Positions 6,268 through 10,625 of a stretch of DNA of 10,625 nt are shown here, in pieces. Location: contig JAYVYS010000734.1 of assembly GCA_043784005.1 (NCBI GenBank), positions 1 to 10,625 of the forward strand, in the 5' to 3' direction. The number at the start of each line of letters is the position of its first letter. The first letter of the stretch is position 1. This DNA comes from Isosphaeraceae bacterium. Lineage in GTDB: Bacteria; Planctomycetota; Planctomycetia; Isosphaerales; Isosphaeraceae. The translations under genes and the position numbers were made by a program. The notes below the pieces were generated by a model. It saw nothing but the letters and a program-made list of their open reading frames with translations, was not told the DNA's origin and did not search any database.

Positions 6268-8547
6268 TCAGGCCATCCGGGTCGTTTCGGCGAGAGGGGG
6301 CCCATTGGTGCCGACCGAAGCCTTGGGCTTGATCACCTCTTGGGCGTCTGATTCGACCGATTTCGCCATCGAATCCATCGCCTGCCGGGTCATACGCTCG
6401 TTGAATTCCTTCAACGCCGTGCTTGAGGAGTTCTCGGAAAGCTCGAAGCCCGAGCGTTCGGCGACCATCAGGCTGATCAGCATCCCAAGCAGTCCCTGAC
6501 CGGCCGAAGCCGCCGATTGACCACTCTCAGCGCCAACTCCTGTGCCCCCGGCCATGAAGACGCGTTCGGGAACCAGCGGCTGCTTGCTCTGAGCAAGTTG
6601 TTCGGCGACGAGCTGCAACGCATACAGCCTGGGGTCAGAGAACGACTGAATTTTCTGGAGCAGCACCGAGGCTTCAGAGAGACCAACCTGAAGCACGCGC
6701 GAGCCTTCACCACGTCCGGCAAGCACACGTTGCCGGCTATCCGCCTCCGCGGTCACGACAAGCTGTTCCGCCTGTTTTTTGGCTCTCGCGAGGGACGCTT
6801 CACCCTCGTTCTCGGCGATACGAACCTGTACCAAAGAGTTCGTGAGCTGAGTTTGCATCGACGCTTGGGCCTGCGCCTCGTTCAGCCCGCGAAGCTTGTC
6901 GGCAGCCGCGACCTGGCGCTCGAAGGTTTCGATCTGCTCGATCGAGAGCTGTCGCAGGCGAAGCTGTTCGAGCAGTGTCTCGATCTTACCGGACCCTCCG
7001 GCCTCAGCCGTGTCAGGCTTGCCGATGAGCACATCCACGCACTCGATGTCGAACTCGTGGAATCGACGCCGAAGTTCCTCGCGGGCCTCGTGCTGAATCT
7101 CATCACGTTGTTGAAGAAGCTGAAGCATCGTTTTTCGGTGTGCGACGTCTCGGAAAAACGCACTCAACATCGGGTCGAGTGTTTGCGTGATCAGCTTTTT
7201 CACGTCTCCGAAGCGCTGAATGACGTTCGGCGCTTTCTGGTAGTCGATGTGAACGACCACCGAGAGCGGAAGCAAGGGCTCGTAAGCGTCTTTGGTGACG
7301 AGGTCGATCGACCGCAAACTTTCGTCGTAGCGGTGCGTCTCGGTTCGACCGGTCACCCAGTGAAGGACGAAGTTCGTCGTCGGTACCAGGATGATGCAAC
7401 CGGCATAGGTATTGAAGGGATATTTTCCCGGCCCGAACGGACGTTCCCAGACTCCGCGCTGACCTTCCGCGACGCGCTCGCCATGACGGAACGCCTCGCC
7501 GGAGATGTCGCTGCCCGTTTTACCAATGTAGCTGACCACCACACCGACATAACCAATGGGCACGACGGTCTTCGGGATCGATTCGACGGTTGCGAACCAG
7601 CGATTGATGAAGTAGGTTCCATCCGTCAGCGTGAGATACTGAAGGCCGCGACGGCCTCCTGCGCGGAGGAAGGCCTCGGTGTCCTGGTAGTTGTTGTGAT
7701 AATCCTTGTCAATGCGGTCGAACCCAACACCGGGTGCGATGATTTCGCCGGGCTCCAGCGAGGGACCATCCATGACCGTCACGATTCCGATACTGTCGAC
7801 GACAATTCTTTTCTCGGGATAGAAGGGGTCCTGGCACTCCATCGGAGCACCGATCACCACTGGGTTGAAGGCGTCGATCGCGCTCAACTCGTTCTGCCAG
7901 CCCACGATCGTTTTGAGTTCGCGTTGACCCGCGAGATCGAGCCGATAGACCATCTCTTCGCTGATCACCAGGAAAAGCGACAGATTGATCGCGTAAACAC
8001 CTTCACGCAAGATCGCACGTTGTCGACCACGTTGCCCGACTTCAGGCTCTCCGTCGCCGGTCGACGCGCGACCAAGAAGAAACGACCGGGCGTCCTGAAA
8101 GTTATTACACGAGACGACTTTGCCGATGGTTTGACTGGGCAGCAGCGGCTCGCCGTCCCGGGCGTAAACGTACCCGATCTTACCCTGGGGGATGGTGACA
8201 AGCTGGACGGTGTGGATTCTGTACTGCCAGCGCCAAAGGCCAAAGTGGAAGCCACCACGAATCAGCTCCGCCTGAAATCCCGCCTCTCCGTTGATTGCGA
8301 GAATTCGGCCTTCGGGAACCGAACCTCTCGCCGACCAAAGCTTTTCGACGATTCCGACCCGGTTGTTCGAGATGTACCGTGTTCCCAGCAACTCGCTGAG
8401 TACGATCAACCCGATCAGTCCGAAGACTCCCCACACAAGCCAGGAAATCGGCCAGGGGGTTCCCTGCGACAACTGAGCGAACACCGGACCCAACATACCG
8501 ACCCACGCCGTAATCACGACGCATCTCCTTGTGGAACGGGCGCTCAC
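6268..8547 (-). CDS. Flotillin-like SPFH/Band-7 domain membrane protein (YqiK/COG2268-type), 759 aa. N-terminal TM anchor, SPFH domain, long Ala/Glu/Gln-rich coiled-coil, and a Gly/Ser-rich C-terminal tail.
   Basis: N-terminal hydrophobic segment PWPISWLVWGVFGLIGLIVLSELL. SPFH-like block NNRVGIVEKLWSARGSVPEGRIL...LIRGGFHFGLWRWQYRIHTVQLVTIPQ. C-terminal flotillin-type heptad region rich in A/E/Q (...LNEAQAQASMQTQL...ARAKKQAEQLVVTAEADSRQRVLAG...). A canonical terminator follows. The ORF-track start at 8547 is a GTG; an in-frame Met at residue 18 (MLGPVF...) is an alternative start. My hand re-read of the first ~10 codons did not reproduce the track exactly, so the N-terminal boundary is uncertain by a few codons. 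Confidence 0.7.
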   Translation of the reverse strand: MSARSTRRCVVITAWVGMLGPVFAQLSQGTPWPISWLVWGVFGLIGLIVLSELLGTRYISNNRVGIVEKLWSARGSVPEGRILAINGEAGFQAELIRGGFHFGLWRWQYRIHTVQLVTIPQGKIGYVYARDGEPLLPSQTIGKVVSCNNFQDARSFLLGRASTGDGEPEVGQRGRQRAILREGVYAINLSLFLVISEEMVYRLDLAGQRELKTIVGWQNELSAIDAFNPVVIGAPMECQDPFYPEKRIVVDSIGIVTVMDGPSLEPGEIIAPGVGFDRIDKDYHNNYQDTEAFLRAGGRRGLQYLTLTDGTYFINRWFATVESIPKTVVPIGYVGVVVSYIGKTGSDISGEAFRHGERVAEGQRGVWERPFGPGKYPFNTYAGCIILVPTTNFVLHWVTGRTETHRYDESLRSIDLVTKDAYEPLLPLSVVVHIDYQKAPNVIQRFGDVKKLITQTLDPMLSAFFRDVAHRKTMLQLLQQRDEIQHEAREELRRRFHEFDIECVDVLIGKPDTAEAGGSGKIETLLEQLRLRQLSIEQIETFERQVAAADKLRGLNEAQAQASMQTQLTNSLVQVRIAENEGEASLARAKKQAEQLVVTAEADSRQRVLAGRGEGSRVLQVGLSEASVLLQKIQSFSDPRLYALQLVAEQLAQSKQPLVPERVFMAGGTGVGAESGQSAASAGQGLLGMLISLMVAERSGFELSENSSSTALKEFNERMTRQAMDSMAKSVESDAQEVIKPKASVGTNGPPLAETTRMA

Positions 8548-8710
8548 GAAAGCGGATCAAGACGTGTCTTGTGTAAAAACCGCTACCGGCAAAGTCTACC
8601 CGACCGTTTGAGGCCCGACGAACCATTTGGTCGTCCGGCATAGGGAAGTATTCGTCGGCGGTTTCCTTTATTGGTCGGCAAGCGACGGGAACATCTTTTT
8701 GTGCGAATTG

Positions 8711-8739
8711 TTGACCCACGCATCGGGACTGACTAACGT
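8711..8739 (+). promoter_or_regulatory. Candidate sigma70 promoter for the CYTH gene: -35 TTGACC, 17-nt spacer, -10 TAACGT, with a T-rich upstream element. The predicted TSS falls at or next to the ATG at 8747, which would make the mRNA leaderless.
   Basis: TTGACC at 8711-8716, spacer 8717-8733, TAACGT at 8734-8739 (retains the T1, A2 and T6 positions). Upstream atctttttgtgcgaattg is A/T-rich. No Shine-Dalgarno lies at a useful distance; AGGA sits only 1 nt before the ATG. Confidence 0.3.
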
Positions 8740-8746
8740 CCAGGAT

Positions 8747-9319
8747 ATGAGTTACGAGATCGAACAGAAATACCGCTGCCTGAACCACGAAATCGTCGCT
8801 ACCAGACTTCTGCAATTGGGGGCGCTCCATAGCCCCTCGGTTCAGCAGGAGGACACTTACCTTGCTCACCCCTCCCGAGACTTCGCCCAAACGGGGGAGG
8901 CTTTCAGGATCCGCCGCGTGGGCGACCACAACGCCGTGACGTACAAGGGTCCAAAGCAATCCGGGCCTACGAAGACCCGTCGGGAACTTGAGATTCCGTT
9001 CGCGAATGGTGAGCAACACCTGGAGAGACTCCGCCAGCTTTTCGACGCGCTCGGATTTCGCCCGGTCCTCACAGTCGGCAAGGTGCGCACGTCCTACCAC
9101 CTGACTCACGATGGCCGAGCATTCGAAGTGGTGCTGGATGACGCTGATGGGCTGGGAACGTTCGTGGAAGTCGAGGCCATCGTGGAGGATCAAGGAGATC
9201 TGGAGGCGGCCCAGAAGGCGGTAATCGCCGTCTCAAAGGCCCTGGGACTCACCGATCTGGAACCGAGATCCTACCTCCGCATGGCACTCGAACGGCAGGC
9301 GACCTTGGTGGATTCTTGA
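8747..9319 (+). CDS. CYTH-domain protein (class IV adenylyl cyclase / triphosphate-tunnel metalloenzyme family), 190 aa.
   Basis: N-terminus MSYEIEQKYR carries the CYTH signature ExExK. The conserved basic/acidic pattern continues (FRIRRVGD..., TYKGPKQ...RRELEIPF..., FVEVEAIVED). The ORF-track ORF starts earlier at 8627 with a TTG, but the canonical family N-terminus and the ATG at 8747 argue for the shorter gene. Confidence 0.75.
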   Translation: MSYEIEQKYRCLNHEIVATRLLQLGALHSPSVQQEDTYLAHPSRDFAQTGEAFRIRRVGDHNAVTYKGPKQSGPTKTRRELEIPFANGEQHLERLRQLFDALGFRPVLTVGKVRTSYHLTHDGRAFEVVLDDADGLGTFVEVEAIVEDQGDLEAAQKAVIAVSKALGLTDLEPRSYLRMALERQATLVDS

Positions 9320-9388
9320 GATTCATGAAGAGCGATTGCGAGACGATTCTCGGCGATCGAGGTCCACGAACTCGTCTGTTCAAGTTTC

Positions 9389-9434
9389 GGGCCTTCTGGT
9401 AATTAGTCGCTCGTCCTGAAAGGCCAGGAAGGCC
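9389..9434 (+). other. Imperfect long-range inverted repeat (GGGCCTTCTGG ... GGCCAGGAAGGCC) with a nested 5-bp hairpin (TCCTG aaaggc CAGGA) in the gap between the CYTH gene and the Ig-like gene. No U-tract follows.
   Basis: Read directly: 9389-9399 pairs with 9422-9434 with a one-nucleotide bulge. Possible RNA structure or protein-binding site. Not a canonical terminator. Confidence 0.2.
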
Positions 9435-9478
9435 AACGGGGCTCATGTCTCGACAGATCACGTCAGGAGATTTGCGCG

Positions 9479-10405
9479 ATGGACCGCCGCCGATTCGTTC
9501 CTTCAGCCGACGGGCTCGAAGGCCGCGCGCTGATGAGTCTGTTCGGCGGGGCCACCCCCAAATCGAACCAGAACGTCTCCATCGAAGATTTACCGAATAA
9601 TTTTCAGAAGAAAGCGCTGCGGATCGAGCACCTTCCGTATTATCTCGATCAGACGCAGCCTGGGCGTTTCCTCCCCTCTGGTGCCATCAAACAATTGCAG
9701 GCCGACCTCACCGACATCGCCGGAAACCTGCACGCCCCCTCAACGAGAGTTGTGAACACATTTAACACCAGTTTGAGGCACGCGTTCCCTTACCAGACAC
9801 TCAGCGCGGCCAATGCGCGTTATCTGAACAGTTCGTTTGGCAATGTGCTCAACAAAGCAGGGGCGACCCCGGCGCAGGAGACAAGTCTCCGCGCGGATTT
9901 GAATGCGATCGCGAAAGCTGATGCTCAAGGTAACGACCCGACCTTCCTTGTCGCCAACGACTACGCTCTCGTCTTGCAAACCACGCTCGCCGTCGGACGG
10001 CAGATTCCGACACCGACTCGTCCTAGCCTCGACACGACTTCGGGAACGAAGTCCAAGAGCGGCGCGGCGGGCTGGACCCATCAGTCAAATCCGATCCTGA
10101 GCGGCACGTATTCCGCAGGTGCGACCACGAGCGGATTCACCACGATGCAAATCCTTAACGAGAACAACCAGATCATCGGGACCGGAGTCGTGGACAAGGC
10201 CGGCAATTATTCGGTCCACGTCTCGGTTCCGCTTCCGGTCGGGATCAGCCATCTCAGAGCCCGCGCCGTTGACATCCTCGGCAACGAAAGCTTGCCGAGT
10301 TCGGGCTCGTTCATGCTCAAATACGTGCCGAAAGCCGGGACCACGACGAGCGCCGTGTCAACGATCTCAGCGTCGACGTCAACAGATCCATTCAAGATTC
10401 TGTGA
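9479..10405 (+). CDS. Secreted or cell-surface protein, 308 aa, with a C-terminal bacterial Ig-like (adhesin-type Big) domain. The N-terminus MDRRRFV is twin-arginine-like.
   Basis: AGGAG lies 10 nt upstream of the ATG at 9479. The C-terminal ~90 aa (NPILSGTYSAGATTSGFTTMQILNENNQIIGTGVVDKAGNYSVHVSVPLPVGISHLRARAVDILGNESLPSS) follow the classic bacterial Ig-like adhesin pattern (xPxISGTAEAGATVTV...G..LGTATVDA.GNWSF...LADGSHSLTA.A.D.AGN.S). The N-terminal RRRF resembles a Tat motif, but the hydrophobic h-region is weak. Confidence 0.7.
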   Translation: MDRRRFVPSADGLEGRALMSLFGGATPKSNQNVSIEDLPNNFQKKALRIEHLPYYLDQTQPGRFLPSGAIKQLQADLTDIAGNLHAPSTRVVNTFNTSLRHAFPYQTLSAANARYLNSSFGNVLNKAGATPAQETSLRADLNAIAKADAQGNDPTFLVANDYALVLQTTLAVGRQIPTPTRPSLDTTSGTKSKSGAAGWTHQSNPILSGTYSAGATTSGFTTMQILNENNQIIGTGVVDKAGNYSVHVSVPLPVGISHLRARAVDILGNESLPSSGSFMLKYVPKAGTTTSAVSTISASTSTDPFKIL

Positions 10406-10530
10406 TCAATCGTCCGCATTAAAATGTCGGTCATGGATGCCTTGTTCACGGCAACCGATCGCAACACTCGCGCTCGTGGTCAGACAGGCGTGAACCTACA
10501 TTCTCCGCATCCGGCGGCAACATTGCGAGC

Positions 10531-10551
10531 AACCCGCGTCGATCGCGGGTT
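10531..10551 (+). terminator. Perfect 8-bp GC-rich hairpin AACCCGCG-tcgat-CGCGGGTT, followed by a pyrimidine-rich stretch CCUUGCCCUUGAC. Candidate terminator for the Ig-like gene, ~125 nt after its stop.
   Basis: Inverted repeat read directly. The U-tract is weak and interrupted. Confidence 0.3.
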
Positions 10552-10625
10552 CCTTGCCCTTGACTCACTCGTTCATGCCCCTTACACTTTTGGTTTGCCC
10601 ATCAAGGGATCAGGCCCGCGGAGGC

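Noticed and set aside
6517-8643. 708-aa ORF on the plus strand, the longest after the flotillin gene
   Set aside because: It lies entirely antisense to the flotillin-like gene. The product is Arg/Leu/Asp-rich low complexity with no recognisable domain. It is a typical high-GC shadow ORF and does not overlap any real gene on the same strand.
8627-8746. Upstream extension of the CYTH ORF from a TTG start (MVVRHREVFVGGFLYWSASD...)
   Set aside because: The CYTH family begins at the ExExK motif, which here follows the ATG at 8747 directly. The extension would overlap the predicted promoter.
8180-9193. 337-aa minus-strand ORF
   Set aside because: It overlaps the flotillin 5' end in another frame and the whole CYTH gene on the opposite strand. 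The protein is Arg/Gly-rich with no motif. Shadow ORF.
10431-10625. Open frame MDALFTATDRNTRARGQTGV... running off the right window edge
   Set aside because: GC3 is only ~55%, versus ~75% in confirmed genes here. It reads straight through the strong terminator-like hairpin at 10531-10551. No motif. Probably non-coding, though a gene start beyond the window cannot be excluded.
1-10625. Looked for tRNA T-loop motifs (GGTTCGAAT/GGTTCAAAT), rRNA, CRISPR direct repeats, and transposase or integrase genes
   Set aside because: None found. No tandem direct repeats of CRISPR type. No IS-like terminal inverted repeats flank the LRR-lipase cassette within what I could read.

Overview
The window is high-GC (about 58-60%), densely coding, chromosomal-looking DNA. 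I tentatively place it in a Planctomycetota-like organism: an 'MDRRRF' protein N-terminus, TVTDAGL-type leucine-rich repeat (LRR) proteins and few Shine-Dalgarno sites are consistent with that. This is a low-confidence inference from sequence alone.

Positions 1-5632 form a minus-strand SUF iron-sulfur-cluster assembly locus with an unusual layout. A SufR-like four-cysteine winged-helix regulator is co-directional with sufC and sufB. A translationally coupled two-gene cassette follows (a three-TM LRR protein plus a cytoplasmic class-3 GHSLGG lipase; the two genes share an ATGA overlap). It sits between sufB and a sufD whose 3' end runs off the window edge. I did the sufD call by hand: the provided ORF track lists no ORF for it, presumably because its stop codon lies outside the window. 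That cassette is my best candidate for an undescribed module, a membrane LRR sensor with a lipase effector, but its function is speculation.

Upstream of sufR is a roughly 560-bp AT-richer gap. It contains a candidate stand-alone 47-aa extremely basic small ORF with its own sigma70-like promoter and a weak terminator-like hairpin. It also carries a CTGTG[C/T]ACA motif (TGTGCACA palindrome) shared with the sufC upstream region, a candidate SufR operator.

The rest of the window holds three genes. A large minus-strand flotillin-like SPFH/Band-7 protein of 759 aa ends in a textbook rho-independent terminator. A divergent plus-strand CYTH/class-IV adenylyl-cyclase-like protein may be leaderless. 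A plus-strand secreted-looking protein has a C-terminal bacterial Ig-like domain.

I found no rRNA, tRNA, CRISPR array or transposase. The many long ORFs on the opposite strand are GC-driven shadows of the real genes.
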